64,000 nucleotides of DNA from an uncultured Alphaproteobacteria bacterium (lineage in GTDB: Bacteria; Pseudomonadota; Alphaproteobacteria; ATCC43930; CGMCC-115725): the NCBI GenBank assembly GCA_963701815.1, contig CAVPBN010000003.1, forward strand, positions 152,081-216,080, written 5' to 3'. Within the stretch, counting starts at the first letter, position 1. Every line of letters starts with the position of its first letter. This document shows, piece after piece, positions 9,237-20,185 of the stretch. Made by a program: the position numbers and the translations under genes. The notes beneath the pieces are model-generated. The model made no database searches. It was not told the origin of the DNA and saw nothing but the letters and a program-made list of their open reading frames with translations.

Positions 9237-10235
9237 ATGCCGGAAGCCGCTGTCCCGACCGCCGCCGCAGCCCTGCCGTTTCCCGAACTCTACCGCCGGG
9301 TCGAGCGGCACATCCCGGCCTTTGAATGGCCGATACTGGCTGACGACATCGGCGCAATTCTCGAATTGAAGCGCCGGCGCAACGCCGTGATCCTGGCGCA
9401 CAACTACCAGACGCCCGACATCTTCAATACCGTGGCCGACATCGTCGGAGACAGCCTCGCCTTGGCGCGGGAGGCGGTGCGCACCGACGCCGACGTGATC
9501 GTCCTGGCCGGCGTCCATTTCATGGCCGAGACGGCGAAATTGTTGAACCCGGAAAAGACCGTACTGATCCCCGACCTCGAAGCCGGCTGCTCGCTCGCCG
9601 CATCGATCACCGCGGCCGACATCAGGCTGATGCGCGAACGCCACCCGGGGGTGCCGGTGGTCAGCTACGTCAACACTTCGGCCGCGGTCAAGGCCGAGTC
9701 GGATGTCTGCTGCACCTCGGGCAACGCCAAAAAGATCATCGAGGCGCTGGGGGCGCCGCGGGTCATCATGCTGCCCGACGAGTATCTCGCCCGCAACACC
9801 GCGGCCCAGACCAAGGTCGAGATCATCGCCTGGAAGGGCCATTGCGAGGTGCATGAGCGGTTTACGGTCGACGACATCAGGGGCCTGCGCCAGGACCATC
9901 CCGGCATCGTCGTGCTGGCCCACCCGGAATGCCCGCCCGAAGTCGTCGCCGAATGCGACTTTGCCGGCTCGACCGCGGCGATGGCCGATTTTGTCGGCCG
10001 GGAGCGGCCGAGCCGGGTCGTGCTGCTGACCGAATGCTCGATGAGCGACAACGTCGCCCTGAAATACCCGGATCTCGATTTTGTCCGTCCGTGCAATTTG
10101 TGCCCGCACATGAAGCGGATCACCCTGCCGAAGATCCGCCGCAGCCTCGAAACCATGAGCCACGAAGTCACGATCGACCAGGCCGTCGCCTCACGCGCGC
10201 GACAAGCGGTCGAGCGCATGCTGGAACTCGGGTAA
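9237..10235 (+). CDS. nadA: Quinolinate synthase
   Basis: 332 aa with [34 protein letters not shown] and ECSM motifs of NadA. Confidence 0.92.
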   Translation: MPEAAVPTAAAALPFPELYRRVERHIPAFEWPILADDIGAILELKRRRNAVILAHNYQTPDIFNTVADIVGDSLALAREAVRTDADVIVLAGVHFMAETAKLLNPEKTVLIPDLEAGCSLAASITAADIRLMRERHPGVPVVSYVNTSAAVKAESDVCCTSGNAKKIIEALGAPRVIMLPDEYLARNTAAQTKVEIIAWKGHCEVHERFTVDDIRGLRQDHPGIVVLAHPECPPEVVAECDFAGSTAAMADFVGRERPSRVVLLTECSMSDNVALKYPDLDFVRPCNLCPHMKRITLPKIRRSLETMSHEVTIDQAVASRARQAVERMLELG

Positions 10236-10551
10236 GGCCCTCCTCCCGTTGACGCCCTGGGCGGCTTGCTGCCCGCCCAGCCGCCGGTGCCGAGGGTCGA
10301 GCCGCAAACAGCAGATCGGGGCTTGCGAGGCAGCCTCGAAGCCGCGCCCCGGTCTCGATCTCGCAAGATCGAGAATATGGAAGCTCCACGCAGCTTTGGG
10401 GGGCAACGGCCGAAACATGCCGGCCGCCGCGCCGGGCCTCGCAGTTCCTACCGCTGATCCCAATTTGGACACACCGAAGTCGCCGATTGAAATTGACACA
10501 CTGCTGTTTCGGGCCAAGGTTAAGCGGGATTTAATCTATGGGAGATCACGA

Positions 10552-11206
10552 ATGCGAGGGATCATCGCCACCGCTTTGGCTGCGGGAACGCTCTACTTTG
10601 CCCCGGCTTCCGCCGGCCACGCACAAAATCTGATCCGGAACGGCAGTTTTGAGAACCCCGCACTCCCCGCCGGCAGCGCTGCCACCTTCTGCGCTCCAGC
10701 GTGCAAGGGGCAGAAGGATCTTCCGGGCTGGAGCGTGGTCGGCGTGACCGGGGCAAACATTGATGTTATAACCAAAGTCAACTTTCACGGTTTGCATTTT
10801 GACCCGGCGGTCGGCAAGCAATACGCCGATCTGAGTTCTTCGGGAACTCTATCCGGAATCGAACAAGCGGTGGATACGAAGCCCGGGACCAAGTACCTGC
10901 TAAAGTTTTTGGTTGGAGCCATTTACGATAACAACAAACGTCAATTCATTTGGTCCGGTGAGCAAGGTAGATGTATACGTCAACCGAAAATTGTTCTTGT
11001 CGTCGATAAATTTGGCGACGCCTGCCGATACCACGCAGGTATGGAGGCAATGTGTTGCGGTATTCAATGCCGCTTCCGCCAAAACATTTATCGCCTTCTT
11101 TGCCGGCCCCCCGCCGACAATCGGTCCCGACGGATTTGACAGCATCGATGGGGTCACCTTGGAGCCGGCGCCCGCCGGCACCGAACCTGCTCCATCTTGT
11201 ATGTAG
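10552..11206 (+). pseudogene. Secreted DUF642 / choice-of-anchor-C-like protein, apparently frameshifted near 10905-10930
   Basis: RBS GGGAGA, then MRGIIATALAAGTLYFAPASAGHAQ (signal peptide), then NLIRNGSFENP...LPGWSVVG..ANIDVI...YADLSSSG.LSGIEQAVDTKPGTKYLLKFLVGA. The second half reads in another frame (ORF 10913-11206): TITTNVNSFGPVSKVDVYVN...WRQCVAVFNAASAKTFIAFFAG..IGPDGFDSIDGVTLEP. The region is AT-richer than its surroundings. Confidence 0.6.
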
Positions 11207-11248
11207 TGTTGCGAACCGGACGGATGGTTCCCGTTGCGGGCGATAAAA

Positions 11249-11425
11249 TCGAGATTGCTTCGTCGCGAAGCCTGTCCTCGGGGCCGTGCAAAGCGCGGCC
11301 CCGAGGGCTCCTCGCAACGATGACCGCTTGCGACGTCATTTGCGACCCGCGGGCCTGACCCGCGGGGAAGCAATCTCGACGTCGGGTGCCGGCACCAAGC
11401 GTCTGATCCGTACCACGAGATCTGC
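11249..11425. repeat. Structured REP/MITE-like repeat, family 1, copy A
   Basis: GAGATTGCTTCGTCGC ... TCATTTGCGACCCGCGGGCCTGACCCGCGGGGAAGCAATCTCGACG ...AGCGTCTG. It shares long identical stretches with 23100-23330 and 49518-49650. Confidence 0.8.
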
Positions 11426-11598
11426 AAATCCGCCTGAGCGCCGGGCTACCGCCTCCTCGGCGTTATCCGCCGCTCCAACCGGCGCTGCCGGCGGCGAGCC
11501 GCGCACCTGTCTCGGACGGGCCGACAAGTCGTCGCGCCCCGCGGCGCCGCCGCTGCCGGTCGATGGGGCGGCAATCCGACGGCGGTCCCGCCTCTGCC

Positions 11599-12252
11599 TC
11601 AAAACTCCATGTCGAGTTCCTCGAACTCGTCCGGCTCCTCCAGCGCGGCATCGCACCACAAAACCATTTCCGGCAAGGCCATGATCCGCTCGCAATAAGC
11701 GGCGCATTCCCGGTCGAGCGGCACGCCGTAAGTCAGGAAGCGGGTCACGACCGGCGCATACATGGCGTCCGCCATGGTTAATTTTCCAAACAGGTAGGGA
11801 CCGTGGTGCGCGGCGAAGCATTCGCGCCAGATCGTGGCGATGCGATCGATATCGGCTTGCGCGCCGGACCACACTTTGAAGCCGGGGTGCCGGGCCTTCA
11901 AATTCATCGGCAAGGCCGATCGCAGATTGGCGAAGCCGGAATGCATCTCGCCGCAGATCGACCGGCAACGTGCGCGATCGGCGCGATGCGACGGCAGCAG
12001 CCCGGCCTGCGGCCTCAATTCGTTCAGGTATTCGGCGATCGCCAACGTGTCCCAGACCCGGATCCCGTCATGGTTCAGACACGGCACCAGGATCGACGGC
12101 GACAGCAGCAGCAACTCGGCGCGGTTGGCCGGGTCGTCGACCGGCACCGCCTCTTCGACGAACTCCAAACCCGCCATTTTGCACAGCAGCCAGCCTCGCA
12201 GCGACCATGACGAATAGTTCTTGCTGCTGATCGCGAGAACGGCCTCGGTCAT
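11599..12252 (-). CDS. Glutathione S-transferase family protein
   Basis: 217 aa. N-terminal thioredoxin-like part NYSSWSLRGWLL...VPCL..DG..VWDTLAIAEYL is followed by a GST C-terminal domain. Confidence 0.8.
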   Translation of the reverse strand: MTEAVLAISSKNYSSWSLRGWLLCKMAGLEFVEEAVPVDDPANRAELLLLSPSILVPCLNHDGIRVWDTLAIAEYLNELRPQAGLLPSHRADRARCRSICGEMHSGFANLRSALPMNLKARHPGFKVWSGAQADIDRIATIWRECFAAHHGPYLFGKLTMADAMYAPVVTRFLTYGVPLDRECAAYCERIMALPEMVLWCDAALEEPDEFEELDMEF

Positions 12253-12499
12253 AGCCGCACTCCTTTTACGGGACCGATCGGGGTGAGTTGTATGGAGCGG
12301 CAGCGAGCGGCTGGCAAGCGCATCCGGGCGGCCCCCGGCGTTCGCGGCAGCGGCGCTCCGCCGCTCGATGATTTCTCGATCCGATACCGCCGGTCGGGCG
12401 AGGTTGACCGCAACGCTCGCGTCGGCTGTAATTCCGAAGGTATTTTTCCGACGACAGAATTTCTGGCGGCAGGAACGGGCGTCGCGGGGAGTTCCGAAG

Positions 12500-12874
12500 A
12501 TGATCGACGCGGTCGATGCGCTGGCGGACTATCGGCGCCGATACCCTGGCCCGCTTCCGACGTCGGGCGCCCGCATCTATCGTCAGCACGCTCCCGAATT
12601 GATCCGGTGCACGATCAGGCCGGCGACTGCCGAGACCTGGCTGCAATCGCATTTCTACACGCCGCAGGCGAGGCTGATCCTGTTGGAAATCTCCGCCCGT
12701 TTCGCTGCGCTGATGGCTGCCGACGCCTGGGAAGACCGCGGCGACGATGACCCGGTGGTGGTCCACGCCACGCCGAACCGCGCCGGCCGGATCGTCTGGA
12801 ACGGCGCGCACCGCCTCGGCGCGGTGATGCTTCTCGCTCGCCCGTTCGATCTGCCGATCCGCTTCTGCCGTTAG
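12500..12874 (+). CDS. Hypothetical protein with a ParB/sulfiredoxin-like C-terminal motif
   Basis: 124 aa from MIDAVDALADYRRRYPG. The C-terminus PVVVHATPNRAGRIVWNGAHRLGAVMLLARPFDLPIRF resembles the ParB/Srx fold signature (..DG.HR..A). The start choice is tentative. Confidence 0.4.
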   Translation: MIDAVDALADYRRRYPGPLPTSGARIYRQHAPELIRCTIRPATAETWLQSHFYTPQARLILLEISARFAALMAADAWEDRGDDDPVVVHATPNRAGRIVWNGAHRLGAVMLLARPFDLPIRFCR

Positions 12875-13722
12875 ACCCGCAGCGGGTGCATCAGCTTGGC
12901 GACGCGGTCCAGGATCGGCAGGACTTCATCGGCTTTGGCGGGCGGCACCGGGAAATTTACCCGCGCGACGCCGAGATCGCGGTAGCGCTTCAGCAGGTCC
13001 GAGTCTTCCGGCGCGCCGCCCAAGGTGACCTCCAGCGACTTCGGATCGCGATCCGACTCTTCGACCATTTGCCGGAAGCGCGGCAGGTAATCGAGCGGGT
13101 CGGCCCGCCCGCTGCCGGCGATCGGGATCCAGCCGTTCCCATAGCGGACCGCGCGCCGCGCCGCCCACGGAAAAGCGCCGCCGACGATGACCGGCGGGTG
13201 CGGCTGCTGCGCCGGCTTCGGCCAGGTCATCAACGAGTCGAACTTGACGATGTCGCCGTGGTATTCCGGTTTCGATTGCGTCCAGATCTGTTTCATCGCC
13301 TCGACCTGCTCGCGCATCTTCTTGAACCGGGTGGCGAAGTCGGTGCCGTGGTTCTCGATTTCCTCGGCGTTCCAGCCGCCGCCGATGCCGAACAGAAAGC
13401 GCCCGCCCGACACCTGATCGAGCGATGCGACGAGTTTTGCCGTCTGGATCGTGTCGCGCTGGATCACCAGGCACACCCCGGTGCCCAGCCTGAGTTGCCT
13501 GGTGACGGCGGCCGCAGCGGTCAACGTCACAAACGGGTCCATGACATCGTAGTAGCGCTTCGGCAATTCGCCGCCGCCCGGCGCCGGCGTGCGCCGCGGC
13601 ACCGGAATATGCGAGTGCTCGGCCACCCACAACGACTCGAAACCGCGCTCTTCGAGCGCTGTCGCCAACTCGGTAGGCGAGATCGAATAATCGGTGAAGA
13701 AAATGGAAATGCCGAAATGCAT
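12871..13722 (-). CDS. LLM-class (luciferase-like) flavin/F420-type oxidoreductase
   Basis: 283 aa, MHFGISIFFTDYSISPTELA..LEERGFESLWVAEHSHIP...GRFLFGIGGGWN.EE. This is a typical LLM family sequence. Confidence 0.85.
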   Translation of the reverse strand: MHFGISIFFTDYSISPTELATALEERGFESLWVAEHSHIPVPRRTPAPGGGELPKRYYDVMDPFVTLTAAAAVTRQLRLGTGVCLVIQRDTIQTAKLVASLDQVSGGRFLFGIGGGWNAEEIENHGTDFATRFKKMREQVEAMKQIWTQSKPEYHGDIVKFDSLMTWPKPAQQPHPPVIVGGAFPWAARRAVRYGNGWIPIAGSGRADPLDYLPRFRQMVEESDRDPKSLEVTLGGAPEDSDLLKRYRDLGVARVNFPVPPAKADEVLPILDRVAKLMHPLRV

Positions 13723-13839
13723 CGCCTGTCCCCGCGGCCGTGGTTCGCCACGGGATGTTACACCGGCATGCCCATCCCCAAAAGCGCCTCCACGCCGGCC
13801 GGTCGCCCGACGATAATCGCCGGCGGCGGTATCTTCGCC

Positions 13840-13868
13840 TTGACTTCTGAGAACAAATCAGGTACGAT
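13840..13868 (+). promoter_or_regulatory. Sigma70-like promoter candidate for the toxin-like gene
   Basis: TTGACT - 17 nt - TACGAT, ending 27 nt upstream of the ATG at 13895. Confidence 0.35.
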
Positions 13869-13894
13869 GGCCCATCGGGCAAATCGGACAGACG

Positions 13895-14863
13895 ATGCCG
13901 CCGACCGGCGTTCACCTTTGGCGTTTGAGTGAGGCGGGCGACAAGAGCCTCGGTGTATCGTGCACGCCGGAAGGGTTGTTTCTCGGCCGGACCGCTCTGA
14001 TCGAGCGCCACGGGAGAGGTTATGAGGTCCGCGCATCGGCCGAGATCGAACGGCTTCTCGGCCCCGCCTACGGCTATCCCGGCATCGCGCTCGACCGGGT
14101 GATGCCGGGCCTTGGCAGGGTCGCCTCGGCATTGGGCGAGGGGAACTTGTGCCTGGCCCAGATCGCAGCCCTGCGGCTGCGGCTCCCGGATCTGCCCGAC
14201 GGGATCTCGCGAGACGCCCTGGAGGCGGAGGACGCCCTGATCAAAGCGGCGCCGGGCGGTCCCGGGCTCGCCCGCGCCGGGTGGGACCCGGCCGAGCACC
14301 CGCGCGCCGGGGTTCCGCCCAATCCCGGCTGGTTCGCGCCGACGGGCGGCTCGGGAGCCGGTCACCCGCCGGAAATCGCCCAGAACGAGGAGGAGCGCGC
14401 GCCGGAGGAGCTGGCCGATCCCGCGGCCCCGATGCGGCAGGAGCTGTGGGACGCACGCATCGCCATCTTGCGCCAGCTCGATCCAGGCAATCCGAACCTG
14501 AGCTATTTGTCTGATCCCGGCTCGACACCGAGCCAAGCCGCGCTCGACCGCTTGAATGAGGCGCTCAGAGCCGCCGCCGTTGAGCGCGTGGCCAATTTTG
14601 TCATGCCTGGAGGTAAGCCAATCGGCCAGCAAGGAGGCAATGTTGACGTTAGGATGCTCGAAGGCGGGTTTGGGGGAGCAAGAAGCGCGTTCAATTACCT
14701 CCGCGTTGGCGGAACCCTTTATGACGGCGATTATCCCGGAACTATGGTAACGCTTCCCGGAGGTGCTGGATTTGTTGGGTTACGGACCAACGCACAGAAT
14801 GTGCCCACAATCGACATCAACGTTCCCGCGGGGATTGGTGTGCTGCGCCTCCATTACCAGTGA
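13895..14863 (+). CDS. Putative polymorphic-toxin-like protein: unknown N-terminal region, Pro-rich linker and a ~70-aa variable C-terminal module
   Basis: 322-aa ORF with no signal peptide or TM segment. The central motif is WDPAEHPRAGVPPNPGWFAPTGG. The C-terminal ~70 aa (..MLEGGFGGARSAFNYLRVGGTLYDGDYPGTMVTLPGGAGFVGLRTNAQNVPTIDINVPAGIGVLRLHYQ) is repeated in diverged form at 15196-15423. Its stop overlaps the start of the next gene (GTGA). Confidence 0.6.
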   Translation: MPPTGVHLWRLSEAGDKSLGVSCTPEGLFLGRTALIERHGRGYEVRASAEIERLLGPAYGYPGIALDRVMPGLGRVASALGEGNLCLAQIAALRLRLPDLPDGISRDALEAEDALIKAAPGGPGLARAGWDPAEHPRAGVPPNPGWFAPTGGSGAGHPPEIAQNEEERAPEELADPAAPMRQELWDARIAILRQLDPGNPNLSYLSDPGSTPSQAALDRLNEALRAAAVERVANFVMPGGKPIGQQGGNVDVRMLEGGFGGARSAFNYLRVGGTLYDGDYPGTMVTLPGGAGFVGLRTNAQNVPTIDINVPAGIGVLRLHYQ

Positions 14864-15195
14864 GAGTTCGAATGGAAAGGATTGCGAAGATTGCCGAGGG
14901 CTGCACGCGTGAAGCGAGACACGATTATGTGGGCTTGTGGCAAATTGCCACCCGGGTTAGGCAGGAGTTTGGCGCGTTGACCGATGTGGGGGTAAAGCGC
15001 CTCTCCCTCGACGTAGTACGTCGGATCGTTGAACGAGGGCTGGTCCCCGGAGATTACCTGAAAAGCGGGTTCAGGATTTGGCATGAGGGCGGCAGTGATG
15101 CGATCGTCAACCGCATCTCCAGCGAATGGGACGCGGCGCGCGGAGATCCGACGTTAGCCAATCCAATTTGCTGGTTCGGCGTCAAGACGAGGTGA
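14860..15195 (+). CDS. Putative cognate immunity protein 1 (small cytoplasmic protein, paralogue of 15423-15746)
   Basis: The start is GTG at 14860 (overlapping the toxin TGA) or ATG at 14872. The sequence is MERIAKIAEG..HDYVGLWQIA...KRLSLDVVRRIVERGLVPGDY...RISSEWDAARGDPTLANPICWFGVKTR. It aligns along its full length with the second small ORF. Confidence 0.6.
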   Translation: MRVRMERIAKIAEGCTREARHDYVGLWQIATRVRQEFGALTDVGVKRLSLDVVRRIVERGLVPGDYLKSGFRIWHEGGSDAIVNRISSEWDAARGDPTLANPICWFGVKTR

Positions 15196-15423
15196 AATCG
15201 ACCTCTTCGTGAATGCCTCGAAGAGCCCAAGTCGATTGCAGCAACGAGCTACGAGTTCGGTGGAATCTCTGTTCGGGCGGATCAGAGCCTGACCATTGTC
15301 AAGCTCCCCGGCAATGTGGGCTTCATAACGTTTCGCCCCATGTCTGGAGGCGGCTCGCCCGCTGTCGATATCAACCTGCCAGGCTTTTTTTTCATGAAAA
15401 TACATTTCGTTGGAAGCCCATAA
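15196..15423 (+). other. Orphan toxin C-terminal module with no start codon, beginning directly after the immunity-1 stop in the same frame
   Basis: Open frame NRPLRECLEEPKSIAATSYEFGGISVRADQSLTIVKLPGNVGFITFRPMSGGGSPAVDINLPGFFFMKIHFVGSP*. It aligns with the last ~70 aa of the 322-aa protein (GG-16aa-LPG..GF...R....P..DIN.P.....[RK].H[YF]). It is not in the ORF track because it has no Met start. Its TAA overlaps the ATG of the next gene (TAATG). Confidence 0.6.
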
Positions 15424-15746
15424 TGCCAAATATGAGTCAGATCATCGATGGATATATGCAGGAATTGGGAGTCGATTACATTGCCCTCCCTCAACTTGCA
15501 ACTGCTGCAAGACGTTGGCTCGGGGCCCGAACCACGGCGGAAGCGCGAAAGTTGAGCCTGGATATCGTCTGCCGTCTGTACGAGAGGGGGCTCAGGCCGG
15601 GCGATTATTGGGGTGGGGACTTCACCTATTGGCCGGACATAGGCTGCCGGGCGGTGCTCGACCGCATCGAGCGGGAATGGATCGCGGCCGGCGCCGATCC
15701 CAACCTGGCCGAGCCGATTTGCTGGTTCGCGCCCCGCTCGAAGTAG
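15423..15746 (+). CDS. Putative immunity protein 2 (paralogue of 14860-15195)
   Basis: 107 aa, MPNMSQIIDGYMQELGVDYIALPQLA...RKLSLDIVCRLYERGLRPGDY...RIEREWIAAGADPNLAEPICWFAPRSK. The architecture and C-terminal P.(L/N).A.PICWF motif match immunity 1. Confidence 0.6.
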   Translation: MPNMSQIIDGYMQELGVDYIALPQLATAARRWLGARTTAEARKLSLDIVCRLYERGLRPGDYWGGDFTYWPDIGCRAVLDRIEREWIAAGADPNLAEPICWFAPRSK

Positions 15747-15751
15747 GACAT

Positions 15752-18106
<2,355 letters not shown>

Positions 18107-18112
18107 GGGGTG

Positions 18113-20185
18113 TTACCTCTTATTGTCGGCCGGTCCCCAGCCGATCGCATGACGCAGGAAATTGTAGCCGAGTGCGGTAAACGCGGCGCGCTCGCTGTTG
18201 TCCTTGCCGTAGCCGTGTCCGCCGGCGGCGGGTTCGTAGAAACAGGCTTCGCAGCCCATCGCCTGCAATTTCGCCGCCATCTTGCGGGCATGGCCGGGAT
18301 GGACCCGGTCGTCGCGCCGGCTCGTCGCGATCAGGATCGGCGGGTAGCGCCGGCCCGGTTCCGCCATATGATAGGCGGAGATCTTTTGCAGAAACGCCCA
18401 ATCCGCGGGATCGTCGGGGTCGCCGTATTCGGCGATCCAACTGGCGCCGGCATGCAGCCGCGAATACCGGCGCATGTCGATCAGCGGGATCGTGCAGAAC
18501 AGCGCGCCAAACCGCTCGGGATAGCGGGTCAGCATATTGGCGATCAGGATGCCGCCGTTCGACCCGCCCTCTGCGGCGATGCGGCCGGGACGGGTCACGC
18601 CGCGGCGCACCAGATCGGCGGCGACCGCGGCGAAATCGTCGTGGCTGAGGCGTTTGCCCTGCCGCCGTCCCGCCTCGTGCCAGGGCGTGCCGAACTCGCC
18701 GCCGCCCCGGATGTTGGCGACGACGCCGGTGCCGCCGCGTTCGAGCCAGAGCTTGCCGATCGCCGCGTTGTACTGCGGCAACAGCGAAATGCCGAAGCCG
18801 CCATAGCCCGTCAAGTGCACCGGCGCCTCGCCGGTCTCGCCGGCCGGGCCGGTCTGCGTATAGGGGACCCGGGTCCCGTCCGCCGACACCGCCTCGTGGC
18901 GGGTGACGACGAGGCCGGCCGGGTCGAAGGCTGCGGGCGCCCGCTTCAGCACCTCCGGTGCGGCGCCCGGCCGCAGCAGCAGCAACGCAGGCGGCGTCAG
19001 CGGGTCTTGCACGGCGGCCAGCAGATCGCCGGTCGATTCCTCGGTGCGCACGTCGAGCGGCCAGACATTGGCGACGCCGATCTCGGGCAGACCGGCGATC
19101 GGCTCGCGCGACCAACCGGAGGCGGACGGGGTCAGGGTCTCGAACACCGGGTGCAGATCGTCGAGGATCGACAGGACGAGCCGGCCGCCGGACCAGAAAA
19201 AGCCCTGCAATGCGCGCCTTTCGCCGGGTTCGAACAGCCTGAGGAAACCGCGGTCGCCGGCGAGGAACGAGTGCAGCGAGATGCCGAGCACGGTGTCTGC
19301 CGGGTAGGTCTCGCCGCCGATGGTCCAGGAAAACCGCCGCTTGACCGCGAGCCAGCCGCGATGCCGTTCGAACGAGGCATCGCTCGGCAATTCGATCCGG
19401 GTTTTCGGCCCGGTGCGATCGCCGAGCCAGATAATCGCATCGAAAAAGCCGAGGCGCTCGGCAAATTCGATCTGCTCGGCCTTGGCCTCGCGGTCGAGAT
19501 CGGCCGAAACCGCCATATGCTCGGCATCGGTCGCGAAAATCACCGGGGCCGCGCGCGGATCGGCGCCGCGAAGCCACAAGCGCACGGTGCGGGCATAGCC
19601 CGAATGGGTGGCCATGCCGTCGCCCAATGCCGAGGACAACAGCAGCGCGTCTCGATCGAGCCAGTCGATGTCGCTTTTGGCTTCCGCCAGCGCGAAACCG
19701 CCGGCCACGAACTCGCATGACGGCAAGTCGAATTCGCGCAACACCACGGCGTCGGCGCCGCCGCGCGACAAGTTCAGGATGGCGCGGTCGTGACGGCCGG
19801 GAATGGTGGAGGCGCCGCTCCAGGTCCAGTCTTCGCCCTCGCTGACGGCGAGCGCGTCGAGGTCGAGCAGGATCTGCCAGTGCGGGCTATCGCCGGCGAA
19901 ATCGTCGAGCGATGTCGCCCGCCACAACCCGCGGGGATGCGCGGCGTCCTTCCAGAAGTTGAAGACCCGGTCGCCGCGCCGGGCGATGATCGGGAGATTG
20001 TCGGGACGGTCGTAGATCGCGGCCAGCATGTCGCGATCGGCGGCAAACCGCGCATCGCCGAACCGCGCGAGCGTTGCCCGGTTCTGCGCCTCGACCCAGG
20101 AGATCGCTGCTGGGCCGTCGATCTCTTCGAGCCACAGATAGGGATCGTCGTCGGGCGCTGCGACGGTCGGGCGCGGATCGGTCAT
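18113..20185 (-). CDS. Prolyl oligopeptidase-family (S9A) serine peptidase
   Basis: 690 aa from MTDPRPTVAAPDDDPYLWLEEIDG (typical POP N-terminus). The nucleophile elbow is AAEGGSNGG, and the Asp and His regions are SRRDDRVHP and GGHGYG. It lies 6 nt upstream of coxL-like, and its start overlaps the methyltransferase stop (ATGA). Confidence 0.88.
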   Translation of the reverse strand: MTDPRPTVAAPDDDPYLWLEEIDGPAAISWVEAQNRATLARFGDARFAADRDMLAAIYDRPDNLPIIARRGDRVFNFWKDAAHPRGLWRATSLDDFAGDSPHWQILLDLDALAVSEGEDWTWSGASTIPGRHDRAILNLSRGGADAVVLREFDLPSCEFVAGGFALAEAKSDIDWLDRDALLLSSALGDGMATHSGYARTVRLWLRGADPRAAPVIFATDAEHMAVSADLDREAKAEQIEFAERLGFFDAIIWLGDRTGPKTRIELPSDASFERHRGWLAVKRRFSWTIGGETYPADTVLGISLHSFLAGDRGFLRLFEPGERRALQGFFWSGGRLVLSILDDLHPVFETLTPSASGWSREPIAGLPEIGVANVWPLDVRTEESTGDLLAAVQDPLTPPALLLLRPGAAPEVLKRAPAAFDPAGLVVTRHEAVSADGTRVPYTQTGPAGETGEAPVHLTGYGGFGISLLPQYNAAIGKLWLERGGTGVVANIRGGGEFGTPWHEAGRRQGKRLSHDDFAAVAADLVRRGVTRPGRIAAEGGSNGGILIANMLTRYPERFGALFCTIPLIDMRRYSRLHAGASWIAEYGDPDDPADWAFLQKISAYHMAEPGRRYPPILIATSRRDDRVHPGHARKMAAKLQAMGCEACFYEPAAGGHGYGKDNSERAAFTALGYNFLRHAIGWGPADNKR

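Noticed and set aside
12871-13722. F420 dependence of the LLM oxidoreductase
   Set aside because: The family label often says F420-dependent, but nothing in this window (no fbi/cof genes) supports F420 use. It is annotated generically.
15154-15429. 91-aa minus-strand ORF across the orphan toxin-tip region
   Set aside because: The plus strand here shows specific similarity to the C-terminus of the 322-aa protein and is translationally coupled to the next gene. The minus ORF has no support.
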